Shown: one piece after another, positions 17,356 to 27,012 of the stretch | Numbering within the stretch: position 1 is the first letter of the stretch | Layout: each line of letters begins with the position of its first letter | UHGV virus genome: UHGV-0038737 | Length of the DNA stretch: 31,147 bases | Source of the DNA: a virus | Direction: 5' to 3' (one strand) | Program-made: the position numbers and the translations under genes | The notes under the pieces: generated by a model | Database searches by the model: none | Seen by the model: only the letters and a program-made list of their open reading frames with translations | What the model was told of the DNA's origin: nothing

Positions 17356-17763
17356 TTAAACAGGCGTATTTAACAAATCGTCACCCGCTTCGGCAGAAGC
17401 GCTACCTGCCGTTATGGTGCCGGGTGCGGTTTCCATCAGACGATCCAGCGCGGTATCCGTACGCGCCTGAGCACTCAGAGGAGCCGCGGCAAGGATGCGC
17501 TGGGCACTTTCCACCGTCATCCCGGGCGTTTCCGCCAGCGCGCGCGCCTGTGATTCACGCCCTTTCGCCTCTTCACAGTTCAGGATCCCCATAATGCGAC
17601 CGTTTTCGGCTGCGACCGCCGCTGCCACCTGGCTGCTGATATCAACAGTTGCGCCCGCTGCAGGGTCAGTAACGACCGCAGCAGGCACGTCAACGGTGGT
17701 CACGGTCTGGTCAGCAGATGCTGCTGGTTGAGTGGTATCTGCGGATGCAGTAGTACCTTTCAT
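17356..17763 (-). CDS. Nu3: Scaffolding protein Nu3, in-frame internal start within C
   Basis: In-frame ATG at 17763 (MKGTTASAD...) preceded by GAGGAGGAA, giving about 135 aa co-terminal with C, as in lambda C/Nu3. Confidence 0.65.
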   Translation of the reverse strand: MKGTTASADTTQPAASADQTVTTVDVPAAVVTDPAAGATVDISSQVAAAVAAENGRIMGILNCEEAKGRESQARALAETPGMTVESAQRILAAAPLSAQARTDTALDRLMETAPGTITAGSASAEAGDDLLNTPV

Positions 17764-18693
17764 GCTTCCTCCTCGGGAAATCATCGTTCGTTTGTTAATT
17801 GCATCGCGCATAACGTTCAGCGCATCCATGTTGTTGACCAGCTGCTCCGCCAGGCCGTTGTCAACTGATTCCTGGCCTGAAAACACAGCTGCTTCAGTAT
17901 CAAGAACGGCCTGAACCGACATGCCGGTATAACCCGCCACCTTTTCAGCGAACATCTGCCGGGTAGCGTCGATACGCGCCTGAAAATCTGCGCGTACCTC
18001 TTTGGGTAATTTCTCGTAGGGGTTCCCGTCCACCTTGTGATCGCCGCTGTAAATCAGCGTGACCTCAACGCCGCTGGTTTTAAGGGCGGCGCCGTAATTG
18101 CTGTGGGCCATCATGACCCCGATGGATCCCGTTCTGGCCGTCTGGGTCACAAGCCGACGTGATGCCGCACTGGCAATCAGCTGGCCAGCGCTGCAGTTCA
18201 TATCGTTGGCTAACGCCCAGATGGGTTTGATATCCCGCATGCGGGCGATGATGTCCGCACAGTCAAAGGCACCCGCCACCATTCCACCTGGCGTATCCAT
18301 ATCCAGAAGAATGCCGTCTACACCCGGATCGCTGATTGCCTGCTGGAGGCGGGCGATGATGCCGTTGTACCCCGTCATCCCCGAATACGGCTGGAGTGAG
18401 CGGGTTTTACTGACCAGCGTCCCGGAAACAGGCAGCACCGCGATACCATCAGTAACCTGGTAGCTTCGCGCTGGTTTTGGGCCCATGTCCTCATCATCAC
18501 CAAAGAGAGCCAGCGGTTCAGCCATCTGCTCTGCACCTAGCGTCACGCCCGACACGGTGTCGGTCAGACGGGTGATACCTAACTGACCAGCGAGAGCACA
18601 AAAGAAAACCCGCGCATAGGCGGGTTCAAGTAAAAGCGGCTCATTGAAGGCCATACTGGCAATGTGCGGGAGATTACGCAGCTCTGGCGTCAT
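17356..18693 (-). CDS. C: Prohead protease C (S49/ClpP-like), with nested scaffold in its 3' third
   Basis: [36 protein letters not shown] matches the lambda gpC N-terminus. ATG at 18693 preceded by AGGAGG (the ORF track starts at 18708). Confidence 0.92.
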   Translation of the reverse strand: MTPELRNLPHIASMAFNEPLLLEPAYARVFFCALAGQLGITRLTDTVSGVTLGAEQMAEPLALFGDDEDMGPKPARSYQVTDGIAVLPVSGTLVSKTRSLQPYSGMTGYNGIIARLQQAISDPGVDGILLDMDTPGGMVAGAFDCADIIARMRDIKPIWALANDMNCSAGQLIASAASRRLVTQTARTGSIGVMMAHSNYGAALKTSGVEVTLIYSGDHKVDGNPYEKLPKEVRADFQARIDATRQMFAEKVAGYTGMSVQAVLDTEAAVFSGQESVDNGLAEQLVNNMDALNVMRDAINKRTMISRGGSMKGTTASADTTQPAASADQTVTTVDVPAAVVTDPAAGATVDISSQVAAAVAAENGRIMGILNCEEAKGRESQARALAETPGMTVESAQRILAAAPLSAQARTDTALDRLMETAPGTITAGSASAEAGDDLLNTPV

Positions 18694-20266
18694 CGGTCCC
18701 CTCCTCATTCGATTTTTTCAGTCCAGACTCAAAGGCCGAAGCCGCCCACGCTGGCGGTTTAAGTCCCGCTGCGCGACGCTCCATCGTTTCGCGAACCTGC
18801 TGGGCAAAGATTTCCTGATAATCTTCCCCCCGTTTGGCGCATTCCTTCTCATAGGTGCTCAGCCCAGCCTCAATGAGCATGACAGCCTCCTGCACCTCCT
18901 TCAGACCGTCAATGGCCATTCTCCCGGAGCCGATCCAGTCTGCATTTCCCCAGGCGCTTCTCGCCTCCTGAAAACTGAATCGGGCTTTAGACGGTAGTGT
19001 CACCACCCGGCGAACAATGGCCTCTTCCAGCCAGCATAAAAACATCTGACAGGCCTGGCGGGAGGCAACAAATTTGCGGCGCCCCATAAAGTACGCCCAG
19101 GACTCGTTAGCACTGGCGCGGGCGGTGGAATAACTCATCTGCGAATAGTTGCGAGAGAGTTGCTCATACGACACACCCAGCCCTGCAGCAATGTAGCGCA
19201 GCAGAGATTGTTCAAACGTCGAATAGCCGTTATCAGTATCCTGCGCTGACTGAAGATTCAGGGAGTCGCCCGGCATCAGATGCGGCACCTTCGCGCCGCC
19301 GAGACGAACCGGCGCAGCGGTATAGTACGAGGCCATCTCCCCCAGCCAGCCGGTCATCTTGCTTTGCTGCTCTTTACTGTCTGAGCCGAGAATAAAGTCC
19401 ATCGCGGTTTGCGTATCCAGCTCACTTTCAATCGTGGCGGCATACATCGCCTTGACAATCGCGCTCTGGAGCTGCGTATTCTGCAGTGTATCGAGCATTT
19501 TCATTTGCTCCATGACGCTGTAAAACACGTTAGCACCGCGTGTCTGCCCATCTTCCAGGGGTTCAAATACGTGGATAAAGGAAGGCCGCCCGCCTGGCAG
19601 CTCACGCGGGATGTAGGTCCACTTCTGCGCCATCCACCCCGGATAGCCATCTTCGCTGACGTAATATCCCAGCGCGGCGCCACTGTCATTTGTTCTGACC
19701 CCCGCCCGACAGTTTCGCGTGTCTCCGGCGTTATTGGGGTTGCTGATGCGTTTCGGGCTCACCATTTTGAACTGTGTGCGGAAAAGACGCGTGGAATCAC
19801 TGTCCCAGGTGGCCTGTGCACATAACTCACCGTTAAACGCATGCATGGATACACCTTCACGGATCATCATGGTGAATGTACGCTTACGTTCCGCATCAAT
19901 GCAGCAGCAATCATCCTCCGCAAATTCTTTCCAGGCCGCCTCAACTTCACGGGAGAACGCCCGGGCCTCTTCCTCTCCAATGCCAAGAAAACGCCAGCTG
20001 GGCCGATAACTGAGCCGGAAAAACGACCCTACAATGTGGTCCTGATGGAGCTGTACCGCGTTTGCCGCATAGCCGTTATTGCGGACCAGATCGTCAGCGC
20101 GCGCGTTACCACGGGAAAAATTAGGCAATAACGCAGCATCTGCGCTTTCACTCGGTGGATTCCAGGCGCGGAGCTGACCGCCAAAGCCACCAGCACCGCC
20201 ATGGTATCCGGCATAATCCCGCAGAGCGGTTTTACCGTCCGGTCCTAACAAAGCAGGTGTTTTCAT
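18674..20266 (-). CDS. B: Portal protein B
   Basis: 530 aa, lambda gpB-like, between W and C. Confidence 0.93.
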   Translation of the reverse strand: MKTPALLGPDGKTALRDYAGYHGGAGGFGGQLRAWNPPSESADAALLPNFSRGNARADDLVRNNGYAANAVQLHQDHIVGSFFRLSYRPSWRFLGIGEEEARAFSREVEAAWKEFAEDDCCCIDAERKRTFTMMIREGVSMHAFNGELCAQATWDSDSTRLFRTQFKMVSPKRISNPNNAGDTRNCRAGVRTNDSGAALGYYVSEDGYPGWMAQKWTYIPRELPGGRPSFIHVFEPLEDGQTRGANVFYSVMEQMKMLDTLQNTQLQSAIVKAMYAATIESELDTQTAMDFILGSDSKEQQSKMTGWLGEMASYYTAAPVRLGGAKVPHLMPGDSLNLQSAQDTDNGYSTFEQSLLRYIAAGLGVSYEQLSRNYSQMSYSTARASANESWAYFMGRRKFVASRQACQMFLCWLEEAIVRRVVTLPSKARFSFQEARSAWGNADWIGSGRMAIDGLKEVQEAVMLIEAGLSTYEKECAKRGEDYQEIFAQQVRETMERRAAGLKPPAWAASAFESGLKKSNEEGTDDARAA

Positions 20267-20469
20267 GCGTAAAATCCTGCCGGTCCCCGGCGTCGTGGAG
20301 TGGTGCCAACCTGTGACTCAAGTTCGGCAATGTATTTTTTCAGGTCACTGACGGAGGTCGCGGTAAACTCAACCCGCCGGCCGTCTTTTTGCACCGTTGC
20401 CACCCGCTTTCCCATCATGAGATCGTGCAACGCAGCGCGGGCGGCATCCAGATCAGTCTGTGTCGCCAT
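20263..20469 (-). CDS. W: Head completion / head-tail joining protein W
   Basis: [51 protein letters not shown]... is near-identical to lambda gpW. Confidence 0.92.
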   Translation of the reverse strand: MATQTDLDAARAALHDLMMGKRVATVQKDGRRVEFTATSVSDLKKYIAELESQVGTTPRRRGPAGFYA

Positions 20470-22391
20470 TATTCATCTCCAGATAATGCCCTGGCATAAT
20501 CAGCCAGGGTTTTGTTATTGGTCCGGTTCCCCTCTTCCTCCAGTAGGCTCGCGAGCAGTGAATCAAGATTCAGTTGCCATCGCGAAATACTGATCCGCAG
20601 GGCAGCCAGCGCGTACACGAAGCAGTCCAGCGCCTCATTTCGTCGCTTTTTGCTGTCCCAGACGATTTTCTTACGCCCGTCCACCCATTTTTCAACCTGC
20701 TCCTCAGCAGTAAGCTGCTGCGCCTCAGCCAGATCATAAATTTCGGGGTTATTGGGAAAATGCACGGCACCGGCAAGAGGTTCACTCCCTTCCGGCTGAA
20801 GTGTGAAGCGGTTATAAATCTGCTCCTTTGCGGTATCAGTCCCCACTTCCGTCAGATAAACGCCGTTCTTGTTGCGTTTACGCGGCATATTCGCGACAGG
20901 CTTACCGTAAACGGAAGCCCCTTTAATCGGGATCACGCGAAACAAACCATGCTTTTTTGAGCGATTGTAGACAATGGTGGGGTCAATACCGCCGATATCC
21001 CAGCAGATACGGGATACCGACATTTCCACGCCATTCTTTCGGAGATAGGTTTTGTTAATCGCCTCGTCCACCCTGACGAGGGTCGCTTCATCATCATGAC
21101 GGCCCATAATGATCTGCCGGTCAATCAGCCAGCTTTCCTCACCGGGCCCCCATCCCCAGACGCGCATTTCATATCGATCCAGTTGGGAGTCGATCCCGGC
21201 TGTCAGATAAGCAACACGCTCCGGTACGGATGCCCCGAAGAACTCTTTGCGTTCGGCCATGAGCTCCGCGTCAGGCCGTTCACCAATTTTAGGCTCCCAT
21301 GTTTCGCCCAGAGTGGTGTTCACGAAGGTTTTACGCTTTCCTGTATCCCCTTTCGTTTTTAGCCAGTCTTTAACGATCTGAACCCAGGTGGTAAACGGGC
21401 TGTATGCCGTCCAGATGTGAAACGTCACGCTGTCTGGCGGGTCGATTTCGGTGCCTGTTGATGAAAACCAGGATAAACCGTCGCGCGTCCAGATCCCGGT
21501 GGTGTCGCAGATGTAACGAGCTTCAGTGAAATCCAGCTCCTGCTGCTTAATGACGCAGGCATTATGTTCACACAGGTAAAAGACGCTGGAGGGTTCGCCC
21601 GGTGTCCATTTCAGCCCGAACGGGGTCTCTTTGTCGCCGAATTTAAGGTACTGCTCTTCACCACAGTGCGGACAGGCAACATGAAAACGCATGAAATGCC
21701 CGGACTCGCTGGCAGCACGCTCAATCTGGCAGGTCCCCTTTGTTTTTGGCGTTGAGCCGCGAATAGATTTGGGCCAGACAGACCCCTCAATACGTTTATC
21801 ACCCAGGAACGTCGGGGATCCCTCTTTCTCAATATCTTCATCGAATGCCGCCAGTTCATCGTAACCGGCGACATCGACCGATTTCTCACGATAGTTTTTC
21901 GCCGCTTTACCACCCAGACACCAGAACCCGCGACCGTTGGAGAAGCGTTTCATACTGAGCGTATTGTCCCGGTGCTTTTTTCCATACCAGGGGGCCAGCG
22001 CCAGAAGTGACGGAATATCGCGAATCGTCGGCTCAACATGCGACTTCATAAAGTTTTCGGCGTCACCATCAGTAGGCAGCCAGATAAGGGAATTTCGCTG
22101 CTTGTGCTGAATAAAATACGCATAAACACCCAGCAACATTTTTGAATAGCCAACACGGGCAGACTTAACAACGTTGACCTCACGTATGTAATCGTTACCC
22201 ATCGCATTCATGATCGCGCGTTGAAACGGCAACGTTTCCCAGCGCCCTTCCTGGTAGGCCGACTCTTTGGGGAGATAGTAATTATCGTCTGCCCATTCAA
22301 CCGCCGTTTGCGGCTCAGGTCGGTACAGCGAAAGTAGACCCGCGCGCGCAGAGTGCTGCAGCCCCTTAACCTGACTGTTCGATATATTCAC
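20469..22391 (-). CDS. A: Terminase large subunit A
   Basis: 640 aa, lambda gpA-like. Overlaps the Nu1 3' end by 26 nt as in lambda. Confidence 0.95.
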   Translation of the reverse strand: MNISNSQVKGLQHSARAGLLSLYRPEPQTAVEWADDNYYLPKESAYQEGRWETLPFQRAIMNAMGNDYIREVNVVKSARVGYSKMLLGVYAYFIQHKQRNSLIWLPTDGDAENFMKSHVEPTIRDIPSLLALAPWYGKKHRDNTLSMKRFSNGRGFWCLGGKAAKNYREKSVDVAGYDELAAFDEDIEKEGSPTFLGDKRIEGSVWPKSIRGSTPKTKGTCQIERAASESGHFMRFHVACPHCGEEQYLKFGDKETPFGLKWTPGEPSSVFYLCEHNACVIKQQELDFTEARYICDTTGIWTRDGLSWFSSTGTEIDPPDSVTFHIWTAYSPFTTWVQIVKDWLKTKGDTGKRKTFVNTTLGETWEPKIGERPDAELMAERKEFFGASVPERVAYLTAGIDSQLDRYEMRVWGWGPGEESWLIDRQIIMGRHDDEATLVRVDEAINKTYLRKNGVEMSVSRICWDIGGIDPTIVYNRSKKHGLFRVIPIKGASVYGKPVANMPRKRNKNGVYLTEVGTDTAKEQIYNRFTLQPEGSEPLAGAVHFPNNPEIYDLAEAQQLTAEEQVEKWVDGRKKIVWDSKKRRNEALDCFVYALAALRISISRWQLNLDSLLASLLEEEGNRTNNKTLADYARALSGDE

Positions 22392-22911
22392 TCAGCAACC
22401 CCGGTATTATTTCATCCAGCGCAGCTGCTTTGTTCATGGCTTTAATGATGTCCTTCTTGAGGAAATCAATATGTCGGTTTTCCAGCTCCGGGAAGCGCCG
22501 CTGAACCGACAGAGGAACTCCATCAAGAATGCTGGCTACTTCTCCGGCCATCCGCGACAGCACGAACGTGCAGAATGCGGTTTCCACCACCTCAGCGGAA
22601 TCTTTTGCATTTTTTAGTTCCTGGGCATCTGCCTGCGCTCGGGTGAGGCGGTGACGCTCATAGTCAATCGTACCAGGCTGAAGGTCGGATTCCGATGCAA
22701 GACGAAGGTCTTCCACCTCCTTCCGTAATTTCTCATTCTCAATCGCCGCGTCGCGTGCGGAATACCATTCGATAGCCGCGGAAGATTCATAGAGGACCTC
22801 ATTACCTTTTCCACCGCCACGTGCTACAGGCATTCCCTGATCCTGCCAGTTCTGAATGGTTCGCACGCTGACCCCAAATATTTCAGAAAGACGCTTTTTG
22901 TTGACCTCCAT
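22366..22911 (-). CDS. Nu1: Terminase small subunit Nu1
   Basis: MEVNKKRLSEIFGVSVRTIQNWQDQGMPVARGGGKGNEVLY... is near-identical to lambda Nu1 (181 aa). Confidence 0.95.
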   Translation of the reverse strand: MEVNKKRLSEIFGVSVRTIQNWQDQGMPVARGGGKGNEVLYESSAAIEWYSARDAAIENEKLRKEVEDLRLASESDLQPGTIDYERHRLTRAQADAQELKNAKDSAEVVETAFCTFVLSRMAGEVASILDGVPLSVQRRFPELENRHIDFLKKDIIKAMNKAAALDEIIPGLLSEYIEQSG

Positions 22912-23110
22912 AGCTCACTCCATACACAAAAACAGAGAAAGGAAACGCCCTCTGGCTATTTAGCCGTTTTTAAGGCTTATCATTTCCTTTCTTTTCAGGG
23001 GTGTTTACAGTTAAAACAATGAATTAGCGAGAAGAAGAACGGAAACGGCAAATGCCTGAAAATTTTCATAAATAGCGAGAATCTGCGCGGACGCCGCCCC
23101 GTAACAGGGC
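22912..23110 (-). other. cos packaging site (cosN and cosB region)
   Basis: The minus strand reads ACGGGGCGGCGTCCGCGCAGATTCTCGCTATTTATGAAAATTTTC...CGTTTCCTTTCTCTGTTTTTGT...ATG(Nu1), collinear with the lambda left end as recalled. The 12-nt cohesive-end equivalent GGGCGGCGTCCG is at 23088-23099. Confidence 0.7.
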
Positions 23111-23267
23111 GGATCGCCGGAAAGGACCCGAAAAGATAATGATTATCAATTGCAAGTTATTCCCTTCAAGATAATGCCACCTGGACGGCAATGGCATTGG
23201 CCCGTGTCTGTAATCCATTCATCGGCTGCTTTTTAAGCTCAGATGTATTGCTTTTTGTTTTGCAGAA

Positions 23268-23504
23268 CTACCACCTTGTTACTGCAATCGGAATTGGTTT
23301 CCTGGTAGAGTTCCAAACCCAAATTTTCAGTGGAGGATGGACGGTCATTTTATCCCGTAAAAAATCGCCTGTTGCTGTATCTGGAATGTTTTCAGACTCA
23401 GCAAAACTGATTGATGCCGGGTCTAAAACAGATATCAGTGCGCTATTCGTACCATCCGTTATTTGAACTGGCTCACTACCGATTGTCATTCTTTCTGTTG
23501 CCAT
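23268..23504 (-). CDS. Hypothetical protein (78 aa)
   Basis: ORF MATERMTIGSEPVQITDG... with ATG at 23504 immediately after a G8 tract (the ORF track starts at 23597). Last gene of a three-gene cluster. Confidence 0.45.
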   Translation of the reverse strand: MATERMTIGSEPVQITDGTNSALISVLDPASISFAESENIPDTATGDFLRDKMTVHPPLKIWVWNSTRKPIPIAVTRW

Positions 23505-23507
23505 GTG

Positions 23508-23515
23508 CCCCCCCC
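23508..23515 (-). repeat. G8 homopolymer tract (C8 on plus strand) in the RBS region of the 78-aa ORF
   Basis: Minus strand TAG-GGGGGGG-CAC-ATG: the tract begins in the stop of the 94-aa gene and ends 3 nt before the next ATG. Confidence 0.9.
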
Positions 23516-23799
23516 TACGCCAGTACGTATTCAGGTGTTGATGGATTGATGATAAATTTCTGCGCAGCTTCAGGTATGAGGCCATAGATAACATCAATGT
23601 GATAACCGTCCTTTAGGGTCGGCTCCTTTATCACATTTCCGGCCTCGTCATATTCACCGTCACTGTTATACAGAACGCCCCGCACAGAAAACTGAATAGA
23701 CTTAGTCGGTACTGCCCATCCAGCCCCCTCAGACCACCAACCAGTGGCTGCTCTCGCAGTAGCCTCATCAGGGAATCGTAAATATGTCAGCCTGCTCAT
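23515..23799 (-). CDS. Hypothetical protein (94 aa)
   Basis: ORF MSRLTYLRFPDEATARAATGWWSEGAGW... with start overlapping the stop of the upstream 356-aa gene. No family recognised. Confidence 0.5.
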   Translation of the reverse strand: MSRLTYLRFPDEATARAATGWWSEGAGWAVPTKSIQFSVRGVLYNSDGEYDEAGNVIKEPTLKDGYHIDVIYGLIPEAAQKFIINPSTPEYVLA

Positions 23800-24869
23800 T
23801 ATCTTATGTACTCGATTCGTTGGATGTAGCGCTTACCCCAGTCAGTCGTTGATGCTGGTATTTCAACCTCTTCTGCACCGCCAAAATCGATTTGCTTGGT
23901 CGTTGCGTCGCTATAGTGCAAACGCACAGAGGTTGCAATTCTGCTGGGGTTCTTGATGTTCGCAAAAGCCTTGGATCGTGTTGCAGCAGCGCTGGATGCA
24001 ATGATTGGTGATGTTGAACAGGGATTATCTTCAAGCTGCAGTGTTGCAAACTCCAGAGAATATGATGAATCTCCAACGTAGGTTTCGCCACCGGGTGTGA
24101 TACTGGTTGATGGCCCCATATAGATTATATAGGAAGGTGACTTTACGGATTTTGTCGCAATAACAGTCCCGGAAAACCGTATTACGCCGGGAGAGATAAA
24201 CTCTGCGGTTGTAGTGAGTCCATCAGAAATACCGGTGAATGACACTGACGCATCAGAGATATTTATTACAGATAAAATCTGCGCATCAACAATCAATTGG
24301 TGCGCTAAAATGACAAATGCATACCCTCTCGACTTCTCTGTTTTTTGAATAAAACCGCTAAAGCTGTACTTCTTTCCCGCCGTAACTTTCTGCGGACATG
24401 CAGCGTAGTGTGGCCCTTCCAAATTAGATTCTGTAAGCCTGAATGTCGGGGTATTCAGTATTCTTTCTGCGGAATTACTTATTGCCGCACGCACTGCCCC
24501 TACCCCCCCCGTATAGTAGGTGTTGGTCGCCTGCACTTCAGGCTCATGCCTTCCAACTGCCACACCATTTCGGTACTCAAGCGGCCATACGTCAGGTGCA
24601 GCGAACTGAATAGTTCCGTCAGCTGAGTAGTATGCATGGTTGCTTGCGCAGCTGAACGAAACCCGATAATCCAGTGCAGAGGAGGTAAGATCGATATCGC
24701 TAAGGTCAACCCACTCGCCAGGCGGCAGCGTCATAACATTAGCACCGGGAATAACTATGCCGGATGGAAAACTATCTGATGATGCGCCAAGCTCAGTCAC
24801 ATCAGGGATAAATAAGCCTTTCATAATTGCACCACAAGCGATGATAAATATTTCAAATAAAACCGGCAT
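23799..24869 (-). CDS. Hypothetical beta-rich protein (356 aa; start could be Met16 at 24824)
   Basis: Long ORF with Ser/Thr/Gly-rich composition and no recognisable catalytic or nucleotide-binding motif. Hydrophobic N-terminus. Contains an in-frame G8 tract. Confidence 0.55.
   Translation of the reverse strand: MPVLFEIFIIACGAIMKGLFIPDVTELGASSDSFPSGIVIPGANVMTLPPGEWVDLSDIDLTSSALDYRVSFSCASNHAYYSADGTIQFAAPDVWPLEYRNGVAVGRHEPEVQATNTYYTGGVGAVRAAISNSAERILNTPTFRLTESNLEGPHYAACPQKVTAGKKYSFSGFIQKTEKSRGYAFVILAHQLIVDAQILSVINISDASVSFTGISDGLTTTAEFISPGVIRFSGTVIATKSVKSPSYIIYMGPSTSITPGGETYVGDSSYSLEFATLQLEDNPCSTSPIIASSAAATRSKAFANIKNPSRIATSVRLHYSDATTKQIDFGGAEEVEIPASTTDWGKRYIQRIEYIR
24503..24510 (-). repeat. G8 homopolymer tract inside the 356-aa coding sequence
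   Basis: Coding strand ACG GGG GGG GTA (T-G-G-V). Eight consecutive G. Confidence 0.9.
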
Positions 24870-24923
24870 AGGCCACGCTATTTCATGGCTCTGGTTTTCT
24901 CTATTAAGGAGCTTCTGTAATGG

Positions 24924-25181
24924 CTACTTCGTTTTTGCTTCCGCTCTTTTACGGCGGCGCTCTTCTTTCTTCTCGGCGTTTGCCATGTCCATGAATGCCT
25001 GCATGATCGAGTTCCTCATCATGTAACTTACAAAGTGATGATTGACGCAGCCGTTGAGACGGAGTTGCTCGCCAAACTGATCAACCGAGGCCAGCACCTG
25101 CATCATGTCCTTCTCACCTTTCATGAACTCTGAGAAGTCGCGCCCCGCTCTGGAGGCGCATTCTATTATTCGGGTGCTCAT
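24924..25181 (-). CDS. Hypothetical small protein with basic C-terminus (85 aa)
   Basis: ORF MSTRIIECASRAGRDFSEF...KKEERRRKRAEAKTK. ATG at 25181 overlaps the KilA-N gene stop (TGATCATGA). Confidence 0.45.
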   Translation of the reverse strand: MSTRIIECASRAGRDFSEFMKGEKDMMQVLASVDQFGEQLRLNGCVNHHFVSYMMRNSIMQAFMDMANAEKKEERRRKRAEAKTK

Positions 25182-25183
25182 GA

Positions 25184-25912
25184 TCAGGCCGCCGCATAGA
25201 GCAATTTCATCTGCCCTTTTACCTGGAATGCCGACATGCAACGCGCTTCGAAATCACGATAATCAGAGCACCCATTGGCAATGCTGGTAACGGCAATGAT
25301 CTGTCGCTCAACCAATGTCAGCGCGTCAGGTTTAAGGTGCTGATGGATTTTGTCTCCCGCAGCCAGCCGTCTTTTAACCTCTGCATATACTTCTGGTGGT
25401 AATACCGGGCCATATACCCACTTGGCACTGATCATCCCAAATAGTGCGGGGCGACGACCTGGTCGATGACGGGGCAGCCCTGACATTTTGAACATCGCAG
25501 AATAAAACGGATCGCTAAACCTCTTTTCCCATGGCTGAGATTTATCCAGAAGGAAAATAGCCTTTATTCTTTCATCGTCGATATGATGAACGGAACCCTG
25601 AATGATTGCGTCAATTTGCTCATCACACCAGATCTCAAAATCTACAGAAAGCCATCGAGCAAATCTGACCGCCAGTTTTGGGTGAAGCCATGTTCCGCCG
25701 CCACGGTCTTTGCGAGCGCGGCTGGTTTTTACATATGTGATATTCCCATATCTACTCTTTAACGCCTCGATGTAACGGACAGTCTCAGGAAGCCTAAGCC
25801 ACTGAGCCGGCTCCTTGTTGAACTTGTCAGCTGCCGCAGTCGCGTCAAACCAGCCATCGTCAGAAAAACGCATGGGATGGCCTTCGAAATCAATCGGGAT
25901 GATATTGGACAT
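25184..25912 (-). CDS. KilA-N domain protein (Bro-N/KilA-N N-terminus, P63C-like C-terminus)
   Basis: MSNIIPIDFEGHPMRFSDDGWFDATAAADKFNKEPAQWLRLPETVRYIEAL is a typical KilA-N N-terminus. The ORF track extends to 25987 and the upstream Met cannot be excluded. Confidence 0.7.
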   Translation of the reverse strand: MSNIIPIDFEGHPMRFSDDGWFDATAAADKFNKEPAQWLRLPETVRYIEALKSRYGNITYVKTSRARKDRGGGTWLHPKLAVRFARWLSVDFEIWCDEQIDAIIQGSVHHIDDERIKAIFLLDKSQPWEKRFSDPFYSAMFKMSGLPRHRPGRRPALFGMISAKWVYGPVLPPEVYAEVKRRLAAGDKIHQHLKPDALTLVERQIIAVTSIANGCSDYRDFEARCMSAFQVKGQMKLLYAAA

Positions 25913-26061
25913 CGTATTTACCTTTTTGGTGATATGAGCCAGTTCTCGCAGACATGGACAGCCCAAGAGCGGCACGATGTAAGCCACCGTCCTGTCTCTG
26001 TCTCATATCCCGAAAAGCTCTTGGTTGATATGCGCACGAGAATGCGCGGTTTACTGCGGAT

Positions 26062-26088
26062 ATAAAAAAGCCCCGCATAGGCGAGGCT
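26062..26088 (-). terminator. Rho-independent terminator after the protease gene
   Basis: Minus-strand RNA GCCUCGC-CUAU-GCGGGGC (one G-U pair) followed by UUUUUUAUAU, 19 nt after the stop at 26107. Confidence 0.55.
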
Positions 26089-26106
26089 GGAATCAGACAG
26101 GGGGGA

Positions 26107-27009
26107 TTAAGACTGGATATTCCAAATCATTGCGTTACCGTTATGATTTTCAATGATTTTTGCCAGTGGTGCTCCACCAAAAGAATGCATGTAGCTGTGA
26201 TGTATAGTCAAAACCAAATCTTGAAGTACTTGATCACTTTCAAGTTCGGTAACATTCAACCCAATTTTCTGCGCCTTATCAAAATGAATATGACGCGAGT
26301 GGGTATAGGTTGTGTGATGGTTGTTTAACTCTGAACAAACATGTGTTGCTTTTGATTCTGCCTCAGGATCATTATCAAACATGCCTGTCATAAGCCAATG
26401 CTTAACAATCTCATTTGCCCATTTGATTGCTTTCTCACACTCGCCGATGATCGTCGGGTTTAGCTTTTGAAGAATGAACTGCCACATCTGAACAGCTGCG
26501 GGATTTTGAAAAATTTCCGTCTGCGCACGATTCCATTCTTCAATGATGGCATGGGTGGAGAAACCGTTGAACTGAGGATCAATTGGGCCAATGTTGGACT
26601 GTTTACCCATGATGATTTCATTGGCACAACATGCAAGCATAGTTCCGCAGGACATTGAAATCATAGGAACAATTGCTCTGATGTTAGTTCCAAACTTCGA
26701 CCTTAAGTAATGCCCGATTGATTCCAAAGCGGCAATATCACCACCTGGAGTATGAAGTATCAAATCCAACCCTTTTGATACATCTAAACCATTGATGGCT
26801 GTCATCAACCCGTTCTTATCATCATCAGTCATCTGAGTAAGATGGCGTACTTCTGCACCACCATGCTGTAACCACCCTGAGTAATATGTGATTACATTTC
26901 TTCCAGTATGATTCGAAAGTTGAGATAAGTATTTACGGCGAACCTCATCCATAGGACTTTTATGGGCGAGAGCCGTTATCTCGCCCAGTACGTCGCTCCA
27001 ATTAGGCAT
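26107..27009 (-). CDS. ClpP-fold serine protease, SDH / S49-like family
   Basis: Motifs GLDLILHTPGGDIAALESIGHYLRSKFG, IRAIVPMISMSCGTMLACCANEIIMG and GPIDPQ are characteristic of the ClpP/crotonase-fold SDH serine proteinase family as recalled. AT-rich gene, translationally coupled to the upstream small ORF. Confidence 0.8.
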   Translation of the reverse strand: MPNWSDVLGEITALAHKSPMDEVRRKYLSQLSNHTGRNVITYYSGWLQHGGAEVRHLTQMTDDDKNGLMTAINGLDVSKGLDLILHTPGGDIAALESIGHYLRSKFGTNIRAIVPMISMSCGTMLACCANEIIMGKQSNIGPIDPQFNGFSTHAIIEEWNRAQTEIFQNPAAVQMWQFILQKLNPTIIGECEKAIKWANEIVKHWLMTGMFDNDPEAESKATHVCSELNNHHTTYTHSRHIHFDKAQKIGLNVTELESDQVLQDLVLTIHHSYMHSFGGAPLAKIIENHNGNAMIWNIQS

Positions 27010-27012
27010 AAA

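Noticed and set aside
23191-23466. 91-aa plus-strand ORF opposite the 78-aa gene
   Set aside because: Antisense overlap with a minus-strand ORF that is coupled to its neighbours. No RBS.
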